NCBI GenBank assembly: GCA_051532055.1
Contig: JAOPTX010000034.1
Location: forward strand, 1-64,000
Source: Fibrobacterales bacterium
Lineage (GTDB): Bacteria; Fibrobacterota; Fibrobacteria; Fibrobacterales; JAOPTW01
DNA length: 64,000 nt
Direction of reading: 5' to 3'
How positions within the stretch are numbered: position 1 is the first letter of the stretch; each line of letters opens with the position of its first letter. The notes below the pieces were generated by a model. The model did no database searches. It had not been told where the DNA came from and saw only the letters and a list, made by a program, of their open reading frames with translations. A program made the translations under genes and the position numbers. Positions 20,433 through 30,204 of this stretch are shown piece after piece.

Positions 20433-21809
20433 ATGAGTAATTATACCATTCTCATAAAAAATATCACAGTGGGTCATACTCCATTCTGCGACTATGTAGA
20501 TGAAGATAATACAGTGATTGCTGAAAAACAGAACGCTCTAAGTCATCAGGATATTCAAGAAATCAAAAAACGATTTGAAACACTTTACTTTAATTGGGAA
20601 AGTGCTCAAAGTTCTGTTCGAAAAATTAAACCCTATCGAGATACTAACACTATCCCAATTCCTCAAAATGAGTACAATGGCCTAGATGACGAACCTGAAG
20701 AGAGTGAAGCAGAACGTTTAGAACACATTATTGCCCCTGAAAGTCAATTCAGTAAAATGATGCTCGAAAATGAACACTTGACGAACAAACTCGATGAAGA
20801 ACCTGTAACCACCAACCTAACCTTTGACAACTCTTTTTCAAATTTCATAAAACAAGTTGGCTTTGGTGAGCGGACTGAAGAATACCTACAAAAGATGGAG
20901 TTCTTTCACGAAGAACTTATTGCTACAACTAAAAACATATATAGTAATATTATATCAGGTGATATCAGCCGTGCAGACCCCATTTCTGACACCATAAATA
21001 GACTTATCGACATAATGCGTACCGATAAAGACATACTACTCAACATATGTAATTATGATTATCCAGGAGATGAAGACCACCTTTTTCATCAGACTACCAA
21101 TACGACAATCAATACCTTAAATATTGCTGCAGCAATGGGTTTTGACTATGATGCCATTCTTGAAATTGGGCAAGGTGCTTTTTTAGCTGACATTGGAATG
21201 GCTGCCATTAATGATAAAATGCGCAATGTGGATAAAAAATACACCCAAAATGAGATTTTTGAAATTCAGAAACACCCTATATTTGCAGCTAATATCATTG
21301 ATTCTATACAAGGACTCAAACCTTCTGCAGCCATTATTGCATATCAACATCACGAAAGAGAGAATGGCCAAGGATACCCAAGGGGGCGCTCTAAAAATGC
21401 AATACACCCTTATGCGAAAATTTTTGCTATTGCTGATGTCTATTCTGCCCTTTCGAGTAACCGTAAACACCGGAAAGCTCAACGACCATTTTATGCTATG
21501 AAAAGTCTTATATCTATGGGTAAAGTAGGATTACTAGACCTTAAAACAATAGCCCATTTTATACAGTATTCCTCACTTTTCCCTATAGGTTCATTGGTTA
21601 AGTTGAATAATGGCGCCATAGCGAAAGTACTCTCATCCAATCATGATGATGTTACTGCGCCCATAGTAAGTGTGATGTCAAACTTCAAAGGTGAACTCAT
21701 CAAAGATCGACATTATTACGAATTAGACCTCCATAAAAGAAATGATATAAAAATTGTGGGTACATTAGATTCTTTTGAGTTTGAGAATGACCTTATGATG
21801 GGTTTTTAA
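20433..21809 (+). CDS. HD-GYP domain protein, degenerate (AD-GYP), paralogue 1
   Basis: FLADIG where HD is expected, QKHP, QHHERENGQGYPRG, IADVYSAL, RKHRK, FPIGSLVKL. Confidence 0.88.
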   Translation: MSNYTILIKNITVGHTPFCDYVDEDNTVIAEKQNALSHQDIQEIKKRFETLYFNWESAQSSVRKIKPYRDTNTIPIPQNEYNGLDDEPEESEAERLEHIIAPESQFSKMMLENEHLTNKLDEEPVTTNLTFDNSFSNFIKQVGFGERTEEYLQKMEFFHEELIATTKNIYSNIISGDISRADPISDTINRLIDIMRTDKDILLNICNYDYPGDEDHLFHQTTNTTINTLNIAAAMGFDYDAILEIGQGAFLADIGMAAINDKMRNVDKKYTQNEIFEIQKHPIFAANIIDSIQGLKPSAAIIAYQHHERENGQGYPRGRSKNAIHPYAKIFAIADVYSALSSNRKHRKAQRPFYAMKSLISMGKVGLLDLKTIAHFIQYSSLFPIGSLVKLNNGAIAKVLSSNHDDVTAPIVSVMSNFKGELIKDRHYYELDLHKRNDIKIVGTLDSFEFENDLMMGF

Positions 21810-21947
21810 TTTTTTAGTGGCGCCTCAATATCACTTTATAGTATCATTATATATACCGATAGTATAAAATAACATACTCTATCTTTAAAACACCCCCTTC
21901 ATTCATTGAAGGTTTATTAGGATGTTTGCGATATAACCAGGGAGTTT

Positions 21948-23324
21948 GTGGTGGAACACAAAGTAAAAACAGAACTGCTTAAACCTAATGATGAGGTATT
22001 TTGCGACCTGGTTACCAGTGATGGTGAAACTATATTTGCCCAAAAAACTTTGATTGAAACCGAAGAACTCCAGAAAATCATTGATTTGGGAAACGACCTC
22101 TATTTTGACTTTTCTAGTGTAAGGGCAGAAGCAAAAAAAATCTACAAATGGGACCCTAACCGCGAAACTGATACCGGATATCCTGAAGAATTAGTTGAAG
22201 AAGAGGACGAAGAACTGATTCCTCCTGATGATCTTAAGCCAGAAATAGATGACGATTCGTGCTTTAACCTTATGCAACTTGAGGACGAAGCGCCCCTTGA
22301 AAAAATAGATTCTATTATAGAGTTTGATGATCTTCCCAAGGGGCAACGTCTCAGCGAAAGTATCACCCAGGTTCAAGTAGGTGAGCGAAATGAAGAATAC
22401 AAAAACAACATGCAGACTCTTCACCGCGACCTTTGCACAGAAGCCGATATGCTTTTCAGGGGTATCGTTAATGGCACCATTACTAATGGCGATCCCGCAA
22501 AACGAATTGTTGAGAAATTTCTCGACATTATGATGACCGACAAAGATATACTCCTTAATCTTACCAACTTTGATTACCCTGCCGATGATGACCATCTCCA
22601 TACACACGCAGTGAACACCGTCATTACCGCACTCAATATCGCTACCGCCTATGGCTATGCAAAAGAAGAAATTGTTGAAATTGGCCTTGGAGCATTGCTC
22701 TCTGATATAGGGATGCGCTCTTTGAAGATAACAATGCGGAATTCACCGAAAAAATATACTACTCGTGAAAATTTTGAGATCCAAAAACACCCGATATTTT
22801 CGGCAAACATATTAGAAAAGATGGTTGGACTCAGAAACTCTACCAGTGTTATCGCTTATCAAGTTCATGAACGTGAAAATGGTAAAGGATACCCACGTGG
22901 CCGATCTAAAAATGCAATTCATAAATTTGCTAAAATTGTTGCTGTTGCTGATGTATTCTCTGCCATATCTAGCAATAGACCACACCGAAAAGGACAGCGC
23001 CCTTTTTTAGCTATGAAACAGTTAATTACCATGGGTAAAGTGGGAATGCTCGATATTAAAGTAGTTAGCCACTTTTTACAATATATGTCACTCTTTCCCA
23101 TTGGTTCACTCGTAAAATTAAATGATAATTCATATGCCAAAGTTATCTCATCTAACCAACAAAATATTACACGACCCAAAATAAATATCATCACTGACCC
23201 CGAAGGAAAGCTATTGAGTGAAGACGAGTTTAGACTTGTCGATTTGTCCGAAGATGAAGAAGTCACCATTATTGGAACAGTTGACAATAATGTCATCAAT
23301 TCTAAAAGTATGGAAGGTTTCTAG
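21948..23324 (+). CDS. HD-GYP domain protein, degenerate (SD-GYP), paralogue 2
   Basis: LLSDIG, QVHERENGKGYPRG, VADVFSAI, RPHRK. Start may be GTG 21948 or 21951. Confidence 0.88.
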   Translation: MVEHKVKTELLKPNDEVFCDLVTSDGETIFAQKTLIETEELQKIIDLGNDLYFDFSSVRAEAKKIYKWDPNRETDTGYPEELVEEEDEELIPPDDLKPEIDDDSCFNLMQLEDEAPLEKIDSIIEFDDLPKGQRLSESITQVQVGERNEEYKNNMQTLHRDLCTEADMLFRGIVNGTITNGDPAKRIVEKFLDIMMTDKDILLNLTNFDYPADDDHLHTHAVNTVITALNIATAYGYAKEEIVEIGLGALLSDIGMRSLKITMRNSPKKYTTRENFEIQKHPIFSANILEKMVGLRNSTSVIAYQVHERENGKGYPRGRSKNAIHKFAKIVAVADVFSAISSNRPHRKGQRPFLAMKQLITMGKVGMLDIKVVSHFLQYMSLFPIGSLVKLNDNSYAKVISSNQQNITRPKINIITDPEGKLLSEDEFRLVDLSEDEEVTIIGTVDNNVINSKSMEGF

Positions 23325-23332
23325 AAGGAACT

Positions 23333-24694
23333 ATGAGCTATCGATATACCATAAAACGGAATTTCTTCAAGGAACGACACGAAACTTTTTGTGACATTGT
23401 CACCGCAGAGGGTCGAGTTATATTCACCAAAGACACCACCCTCAGTGATAAAAATATTTTACGACTTAAAGCAAGTGATGATGCTCTCTTCTTTGACTTT
23501 GCAAGTGTTCACGCCACTGTCACCAAGCTTGTTGCTATTGACCGAAAAAGCGTTCTTAAAACACCAGTATCAGACACACCTCTTCCTCCTCAAGAGCCTG
23601 CCAAAGAAGTTGAACTTGCTGATGATATAAGCTTTACCCTTGAACAACTCTATGATAAAGACAATTTAACTGATGTCGACAACAACACTCTCTCTGATCC
23701 TATATCTCGAGCTCGATCTCATCGAATCAACATTACTCAATTGACTCATAATGAACGAAATCCAGGATACAAATCAAAAATTATTAAATATTATGAAGAG
23801 AGTTGTGATAAGGCTGAACGTATTTATCAAGATATTTTAAGCTGTACCCTCACGACATCGGATCCTATTGCAGAAATAGTTGAAAATTATATTCAGCTCC
23901 TGAGCAGTGATATGGATATCATGCTCAACTTACTCAATTACCAACATCCACCCTACAAAGATCATGTCTATTCTCATGCTGTAAAAAAAATGATTATGTC
24001 ACTCGCAATAGGTACTGGAGCAAACCTCTCAAGACAAGAACTTGCTGAAGTTGGTCTCGCTGCTTTCCTTGCTGACATAGGACTCTGCTCAATAAATAAT
24101 ACTATGCGTAATTCGAAAAGAAAATTTGATAAAGATGACAATCAAAATATTCGAAAACACCCTATCTTTGCTGCAAACATTGCACGCTCATTAACGGGAA
24201 CCTACAACTCTACCAACAGTGCTATTTATCAAGCCCATGAGCGTGAAAATGGTACTGGGTATCCAAAAAATAAAAAAGCAGAAGACATCCACCCTTTTTC
24301 AAAAATCATCGCCATTGCTGATGTCTACTGTGCGTTAATCAGTCATCGCCCCCATAGAAAAGCACTTCCTCAATTTGATGGCGTTAAAACAGTCATCAAC
24401 ATGAACAAACTCGGCCTTTTTAACCCGCAGCTTGTTAATGCCTTTTTTATTTACACCCCTCTCTTTCCTATTGGATCAGTAGTCAAACTTACCAATGGTA
24501 TGTATGCCAAAGTTGTATCATCAAATGTAAAAAGCATCACCCATCCTATGCTCAGGACACTATCAAATTCTATCGGAAAATCAGTTATTGAACGAGGGTA
24601 CGAGATTGTAAATCTTGCAAAATCACCCTCAATACGAGTCACCCACTCTGTTGACAGTATTGAATTTCATGCAGAGCTCCTGAGCGGATTTTAG
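23333..24694 (+). CDS. HD-GYP domain protein, degenerate (AD-GYP), paralogue 3
   Basis: FLADIG, QAHERENGTGYPK, IADVYCAL, RPHRK. GAAGGA SD. Confidence 0.88.
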   Translation: MSYRYTIKRNFFKERHETFCDIVTAEGRVIFTKDTTLSDKNILRLKASDDALFFDFASVHATVTKLVAIDRKSVLKTPVSDTPLPPQEPAKEVELADDISFTLEQLYDKDNLTDVDNNTLSDPISRARSHRINITQLTHNERNPGYKSKIIKYYEESCDKAERIYQDILSCTLTTSDPIAEIVENYIQLLSSDMDIMLNLLNYQHPPYKDHVYSHAVKKMIMSLAIGTGANLSRQELAEVGLAAFLADIGLCSINNTMRNSKRKFDKDDNQNIRKHPIFAANIARSLTGTYNSTNSAIYQAHERENGTGYPKNKKAEDIHPFSKIIAIADVYCALISHRPHRKALPQFDGVKTVINMNKLGLFNPQLVNAFFIYTPLFPIGSVVKLTNGMYAKVVSSNVKSITHPMLRTLSNSIGKSVIERGYEIVNLAKSPSIRVTHSVDSIEFHAELLSGF

Positions 24695-24812
24695 CATTAA
24701 TTGAAAAACATCACAAAAGCTCAACCTTTCATAAGCAACCTCATACCATTCTATTGGATTTCGATACATTTTCAATAGGCAGTTTGCCTCCAATTCTTTG
24801 TATATTTACCTC

Positions 24813-26009
24813 ATGCTTACAGTACTCGATTGTAATAATTTTTGGAGCCCATCGGGCGGTGGTGTCAGAAGATACCATCTCGAAAAGCTCGCCTACTATT
24901 CTAAACGAAACGATGTTCACTACATCTTTATGATGCAAGATTCATCAACCTATACAGAGGTGATTAATGAAACGACCGTTATTGAACATGTGGAAGCATT
25001 TAAAGTTCCAGGGAATTGGGAATACCGCTTTCTTATGCGCTCAAATCCTATTCTTACTATTATCAACAAATATGCCCCCCAAATTATAGAAGTAGGTTCG
25101 CCCTATCTCATGCCCTACCTTGTGACCAAAGCAGTAAAACGGTCACATTCACCAAAGGCCACCATTGTTGGTTTTTGGCACGCCGATTTCCCCGTGACCT
25201 ATGTGCAACGCTTTTTTAAAAAATTCAACACACATCTTGCCCGTATAATGGAAGCTCTTGCTTGGGCTTTTGCCCGGAAATCATATCATTCGATGCAAAT
25301 GATTTTATCGTCAAGTACTCTCGTTATCGAACGGATGATAAAACACGGGATGCAAAACATTAAACACCTTCCACTCGGGGTAGGTCTTGAGCTTTTTAAT
25401 CCGTCCAAAAGAGATAATGCATTAAGAGAACAGTATCAAGCAGGCGAATCCCAACGTCTCATTCTTTTTTTTCCTCATCGTTTCAGTGATGAAAAAGGGA
25501 TACGTACAATCCTTGATGCATATACAACAGCCTGTCAAACACTTCCCATCAAACCTGCACTCGTATTTGCAGGAACTGGCCCCGACCTTCCCTTAGTAAT
25601 GAAATATGTTGAAAGCCATAGCCACATTCACTATGTGGGTTTTATTAATTCAACAGAAGAGATGGCCCGTTGGCATGCCTCAAATGATATTGGCTTCGCT
25701 CTCTCAAGTGGTGAAACTTTTGGGCTCTCAATTGTTGAATCCTTAGCCTCTGGGGTACCTCTCATTGCAGTAAGAGATGGTGCAGCACTCGAACATGCAG
25801 AGCAATCACATGCAGGATTAGTGGTGTCTCCGTATAACAGCAGTGAACTCGCTGAAGCCATAATAGCACTCGTTACTATGGCTGATCGATCTCACCTGCA
25901 AAACAATGCACGAACCTATGCTGAAACTCTCAGTTGGGAACATTGTTTTACAAAACAGATTTCACTTTACCGACACGCATTAACCAGAGGCCTCAGTGAA
26001 ACAATATGA
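24813..26009 (+). CDS. GT4 family glycosyltransferase
   Basis: SPSGGGVRRY N-terminal loop, ETFGLSIVESLASGVP (E-x7-E). Start moved to ATG 24813. Confidence 0.88.
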   Translation: MLTVLDCNNFWSPSGGGVRRYHLEKLAYYSKRNDVHYIFMMQDSSTYTEVINETTVIEHVEAFKVPGNWEYRFLMRSNPILTIINKYAPQIIEVGSPYLMPYLVTKAVKRSHSPKATIVGFWHADFPVTYVQRFFKKFNTHLARIMEALAWAFARKSYHSMQMILSSSTLVIERMIKHGMQNIKHLPLGVGLELFNPSKRDNALREQYQAGESQRLILFFPHRFSDEKGIRTILDAYTTACQTLPIKPALVFAGTGPDLPLVMKYVESHSHIHYVGFINSTEEMARWHASNDIGFALSSGETFGLSIVESLASGVPLIAVRDGAALEHAEQSHAGLVVSPYNSSELAEAIIALVTMADRSHLQNNARTYAETLSWEHCFTKQISLYRHALTRGLSETI

Positions 26010-27132
26010 CGTCATTCTCACCTGTAATTACTCACCTTGGTCAAACTATAGTGGCGGTGGTCAAAAATCAACCCATATGGTTGCTACTGAACTTTGTAAT
26101 CAAGGAAATTCCGTATGCGTTGTCTATTCAAAAGGCCCCTTTGAGAAAGTAGAAGTACCCGATGTGCCTTATGATATTAAATGGGCATTTTTCTTTGCTA
26201 TAAAACCCGGTATTTCATCAATATTCAGGTTCCTCAATGGCATATCTTTTTATCGCATCATAAAGAAAATATCGACCTCCACGACAGTCATTCACTCAAA
26301 TGGCGATGAAGGTAGTCTTCTTGGATATATAGCCAACAAACAGAAATTTGTGTACACCAATCGTTACCCAAACTTTGATACTTATATGTTTGGCAATGAT
26401 TGGAGAAAAGCTTCTACTTGGGTTAAAATAACGTTAAGAGAACGGCGGTTTACTGCTATGGCTTTAGGGCTCTTTAAAGCTGATGTCATAACGTGTACAA
26501 GTAAACACTCCATTGACCAAATACATAACTGCTTTAATATTCCCAAAGAGAACCTTCATCTTGTATTTAATGGCCTTGACCCTGTATTTATGAACCAATC
26601 ACTCCCCAATTTTGATACCCAGTCAGGTATTCTTTTTTACGGAAGGCTCACGAAAAGTAAAGGGATTGATGTATTAGTAAAAGCCTACAAACAATTAAGT
26701 CATGAGATTCAACAAAAGCACCCTCTTACCATAATTGGACAGGGGCCCTTAAAGAATGATATTGAAAAAGAAGCGGCTCATTTCCCGATTACCATTATTG
26801 AATGGTCTTTTGGCCAAGAACTTGTTGACACTATTAAAAAAGCTTCACTTGTTGTACTTCCAAGCCTAGAAGAATCATTTGGGAACACTATGCTCGAAAC
26901 ACTCGCCCTTGGGCAGCGACTCATTACAACCAATAAAGGGTCTCTCCCTGAAGTACTTGGAAAATGGGGAACTCAAATCGACTCTATTACTACAGTATCA
27001 ATCGCACAAGCCATTTCTACTCAGTTAGATGAGGTACCCAATACCCAAAAACAAGAAATGCAATCTAATGATATTCAGTCCCAGTATTCTTGGGAAACAA
27101 CAACAATGGGATTCAAAGAACTCTACAAATAA
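25996..27132 (+). CDS. GT4 family glycosyltransferase
   Basis: SGGGQK, FYGRLTKSKG, EESFGNTMLE. Confidence 0.88.
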   Translation: MKQYDVILTCNYSPWSNYSGGGQKSTHMVATELCNQGNSVCVVYSKGPFEKVEVPDVPYDIKWAFFFAIKPGISSIFRFLNGISFYRIIKKISTSTTVIHSNGDEGSLLGYIANKQKFVYTNRYPNFDTYMFGNDWRKASTWVKITLRERRFTAMALGLFKADVITCTSKHSIDQIHNCFNIPKENLHLVFNGLDPVFMNQSLPNFDTQSGILFYGRLTKSKGIDVLVKAYKQLSHEIQQKHPLTIIGQGPLKNDIEKEAAHFPITIIEWSFGQELVDTIKKASLVVLPSLEESFGNTMLETLALGQRLITTNKGSLPEVLGKWGTQIDSITTVSIAQAISTQLDEVPNTQKQEMQSNDIQSQYSWETTTMGFKELYK

Positions 27133-27183
27133 CTTTTTTAAAATTATCTATACTTGTACTAACCCTTTATTCATGTTTTAGTT

Positions 27184-27906
27184 ATGACAATTCATCAGTA
27201 TACACACCTCGAATGGGATTCAAACTTTTTTGAATTCCCTATTGCCCAACTATCAAATCCAACTATTTCTGAACCTGAACTCTATGCTACCTTAGATCAT
27301 TTAAAAGCAGATGGCTACGTACTTATATATTTCCCAACTGACACGCCATACCACTTTACTCACCCAAAGTATACTATTGTCCCAGTTAATTCAAAGGTTA
27401 CCTTATCCCTCAAACTCTCTACAAAAGAGAATCATACCAATTTTCTAAACACCGTAATATCCGGTAAAAATTTAGACAAACAGAGAATTACAAATATCGC
27501 TCTACAGAGTGCCAAATTTTCGCGATTCTTTATTGACACGAAAATATCAAGTACAAAGGCCTCAGAACTTTACGCAATATGGATACGCAACTCATTTAAC
27601 CCATCGCCAAGCCATGACATTTTAGTCACCGAAGAAAATGGAATTATCACCGGTATTTGTTCATTATCTATGTCTCACATTAATGCGACTATTGAGTTAT
27701 TTGCTATTGATGAATTAAGCCGTGGAAAAGGTTATGGTAAAAAACTATTAAATGGTGCACTTGCTTGGCTAAATTCCAAAGGAATTCTACATTGCACTGT
27801 TGTTACACAAGGTCAAAACAGCGCTGCTTTACACCTTTATGAATCATGCGGGTTCAGAATGGACAAAGAAGAGTTTTACTATCATATATGGTTAAATAAT
27901 GATTAA
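27184..27906 (+). CDS. wecD: dTDP-4-amino-4,6-dideoxy-D-galactose acetyltransferase (GNAT)
   Basis: LEWDSNFF, SRFFID, LYAIWI, RGKGYG, VTQGQNSAALHLYESCGF; overlaps the start of wecE. Confidence 0.8.
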   Translation: MTIHQYTHLEWDSNFFEFPIAQLSNPTISEPELYATLDHLKADGYVLIYFPTDTPYHFTHPKYTIVPVNSKVTLSLKLSTKENHTNFLNTVISGKNLDKQRITNIALQSAKFSRFFIDTKISSTKASELYAIWIRNSFNPSPSHDILVTEENGIITGICSLSMSHINATIELFAIDELSRGKGYGKKLLNGALAWLNSKGILHCTVVTQGQNSAALHLYESCGFRMDKEEFYYHIWLNND

Positions 27907-29041
27907 ATCAATTCCTTTTAATAAACCGTACCTTACCGGCAAAGAGACCACCTATATTCAACAGGCAGTGGAGTCTGGTAAAATATCTGGTAATGGCATG
28001 TTTACTCAGAAGTGTCAAGACCATTTCTGTAAAACCTATGGATTTCATAAATCACTTTTAACGACATCATGTACCGATGCTTTAGAAATGTGCGCACTCC
28101 TTCTTAATATCAAACCAGGTGATGAAGTGATAATGCCTTCATACACGTTTGTTTCTACTGCACTCGCTTTTGTAAGGCAAGGGGCGACCATTCGCTTTAT
28201 CGATAGTTGTTCTGACCAACCTGGATTAGATCCACTTCAAATAGAACCATTAATAAATAAAAATACAAAAGCAATTGTTGTCGTTCATTACGCGGGTGTT
28301 GCATGCGATATGGATAAGATAATGAATATCGCTAATGATCACAACCTCTTTGTAGTAGAAGACGCCGCTCAAGCAATTGACTCATATTATAATGGCAAAG
28401 CACTTGGTAGCATTGGACACCTTGGTTGTTTCTCATTCCATGAGACTAAAAACATTATCTCTGGTGAAGGAGGCATGCTCACTATCAATGACCCTCAATT
28501 TGCAGAACGCTCTGAAATCCTTTGGGAAAAAGGAACCAACAGGTCTGCATTTTTTAGGGGAGAGGTTAATAAGTATGGCTGGGTAGATACCGGCTCATCA
28601 TTCTTACCTTCAGAAGTAATTGCTGCTTTTTTATGGGCCCAACTTGAATGTTTAAATGACATTCAAAATAAGCGTAAGGAGATTTGGAACTGTTATGAAA
28701 CTCATTTAGAGCCAAGCTTTTCAAAGGGTCATTTATCTAAAGGCATATTACCGAACTATGCTACAAATAATGCTCACATGTATTATGTCCTCTGCAAAAG
28801 CGAAAAAGATCGTCAAGACTTAATATCATACCTAAAAGACCGAGAGATTCTTTCAGTCTTTCACTATCTGAGCTTACATTCAAGTGAATATTATACCGAC
28901 AAACATGATGGGCGCTCCTTGCCTCTTTCTGATCACTATTCAGATTGTTTACTCAGGCTCCCTTTATACTATGAGTTATCTACTACCCAGTGTACCGAAA
29001 TAGCCAATCACATTAACACTTTTTTTACTACTATCAAATGA
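27899..29041 (+). CDS. wecE: dTDP-4-amino-4,6-dideoxygalactose transaminase (RffA/WecE)
   Basis: IPFNKP, SCTDALEM, EDAAQ, FSFHETKN (PLP Lys), EKGTNRS, GSSFLPSE. Confidence 0.93.
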   Translation: MIKSIPFNKPYLTGKETTYIQQAVESGKISGNGMFTQKCQDHFCKTYGFHKSLLTTSCTDALEMCALLLNIKPGDEVIMPSYTFVSTALAFVRQGATIRFIDSCSDQPGLDPLQIEPLINKNTKAIVVVHYAGVACDMDKIMNIANDHNLFVVEDAAQAIDSYYNGKALGSIGHLGCFSFHETKNIISGEGGMLTINDPQFAERSEILWEKGTNRSAFFRGEVNKYGWVDTGSSFLPSEVIAAFLWAQLECLNDIQNKRKEIWNCYETHLEPSFSKGHLSKGILPNYATNNAHMYYVLCKSEKDRQDLISYLKDREILSVFHYLSLHSSEYYTDKHDGRSLPLSDHYSDCLLRLPLYYELSTTQCTEIANHINTFFTTIK

Positions 29042-30204
29042 AAATAGCACATCTCACTGCAAACGAAAAGTTTACTGATCTTGCTGCACGACAATTTGAA
29101 GAGGCATCTCCTCACTCAAATTACTTTTACATCTTCTGTGATAATGAAATAGATAATCGTGCTCATTTTGCTCAAGAACACTGTAATGCTATTGCGATTT
29201 CTTCTCACATTTCACTCGAAAAACTCAGTCGTGAGCTAGCTGATTTCGATCTCATTGTCTTTCATTCGCTCTATTATAAATGTGCACGACTCGCTCTATG
29301 TCTTCCCAAAAAACAAAAACTATTATGGATATTTTGGGGAAGTGAAATATATAATGACATTACACAAGCAGATAAAGACTCTTGTGGCCCTATAACCTCA
29401 CGAACATGGCGTTACACTCCGCTTCAAGTTTTCTCTCGGAAAGCTAAGAGATTATCTGACACACTTTTAAAACCAATTACCAGAAAAAAACAGCAAAAAC
29501 TCTCTCTTGGAGAGCTCAAAGAAATTGTTCAGAGAATGAATTACATCGGCAGTTTTATCGATGAAGATATTGAGCGCATTAAGCAATATATCACGATTAC
29601 AGCCAAGCCATTCCGTTTTAGCTATTCAGATATCGAACAGATTACTACGGGGAGTAATGACCGAACAGCCTTGGGGACAAATATCTTTCTCGGAAATTCA
29701 GCTACCTACAGTAACAATCACCTCGAAACATTTTCAATTCTCTCCACACTAAATCTCAATGGCAAAAAAATAATTTGCCCCCTTAGCTATGGTGATGCTC
29801 AGTATAAAAAAATCATTTTACATAAGGGAGCAGAATTATTAGGGCAATCGTTTTCACCTCTTACCTCATTTATGACTTTAGAGGAATACAATGAGATCCT
29901 TCTTGGTTGTCCAATAGCTATTATGGGTCATTATCGTCAACAAGCGGTTACCAACATGGTATCTCTTCTCTGGTTTGGATGTAAATTATACCTCAGCAAC
30001 AAAAACCCGTGCTTTGACTATTTTAAAAGAATTGGTCTCGTTCTCTGCTCTATTGAGTATGACCTGACGCCCGCTAATACTCTATGGGACACCCCACTCT
30101 CTGAGGGAGAAATTACTACAAATAGAAATATATTGATAAGGGAACTCAGTCACTCAAATAATGTAAGCCAACTTAAACAAGAACTTGAGACTATCCAACT
30201 GTGA
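29038..30204 (+). CDS. wecF: TDP-Fuc4NAc transferase-like glycosyltransferase (WecF/RffT, GT56)
   Basis: IFLGNSATYSNNH, PLSYGD, FMTLEEY, HYRQQAV motifs; follows wecD-wecE. Confidence 0.75.
   Translation: MKIAHLTANEKFTDLAARQFEEASPHSNYFYIFCDNEIDNRAHFAQEHCNAIAISSHISLEKLSRELADFDLIVFHSLYYKCARLALCLPKKQKLLWIFWGSEIYNDITQADKDSCGPITSRTWRYTPLQVFSRKAKRLSDTLLKPITRKKQQKLSLGELKEIVQRMNYIGSFIDEDIERIKQYITITAKPFRFSYSDIEQITTGSNDRTALGTNIFLGNSATYSNNHLETFSILSTLNLNGKKIICPLSYGDAQYKKIILHKGAELLGQSFSPLTSFMTLEEYNEILLGCPIAIMGHYRQQAVTNMVSLLWFGCKLYLSNKNPCFDYFKRIGLVLCSIEYDLTPANTLWDTPLSEGEITTNRNILIRELSHSNNVSQLKQELETIQL

Noticed and set aside
21227..21235. perfect DnaA box TGTGGATAA
   Set aside because: Single copy inside a coding sequence; expected by chance in 64 kb.
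20433..24694. HD-GYP genes as pseudogenes
   Set aside because: All three frames are full length with conserved GYP and Arg motifs; the substitutions are specific rather than decay.
24700..24715. third CRP-like site ATTGA-N6-TCACA
   Set aside because: The left half-site is poor and the position fits no standard CRP promoter class.
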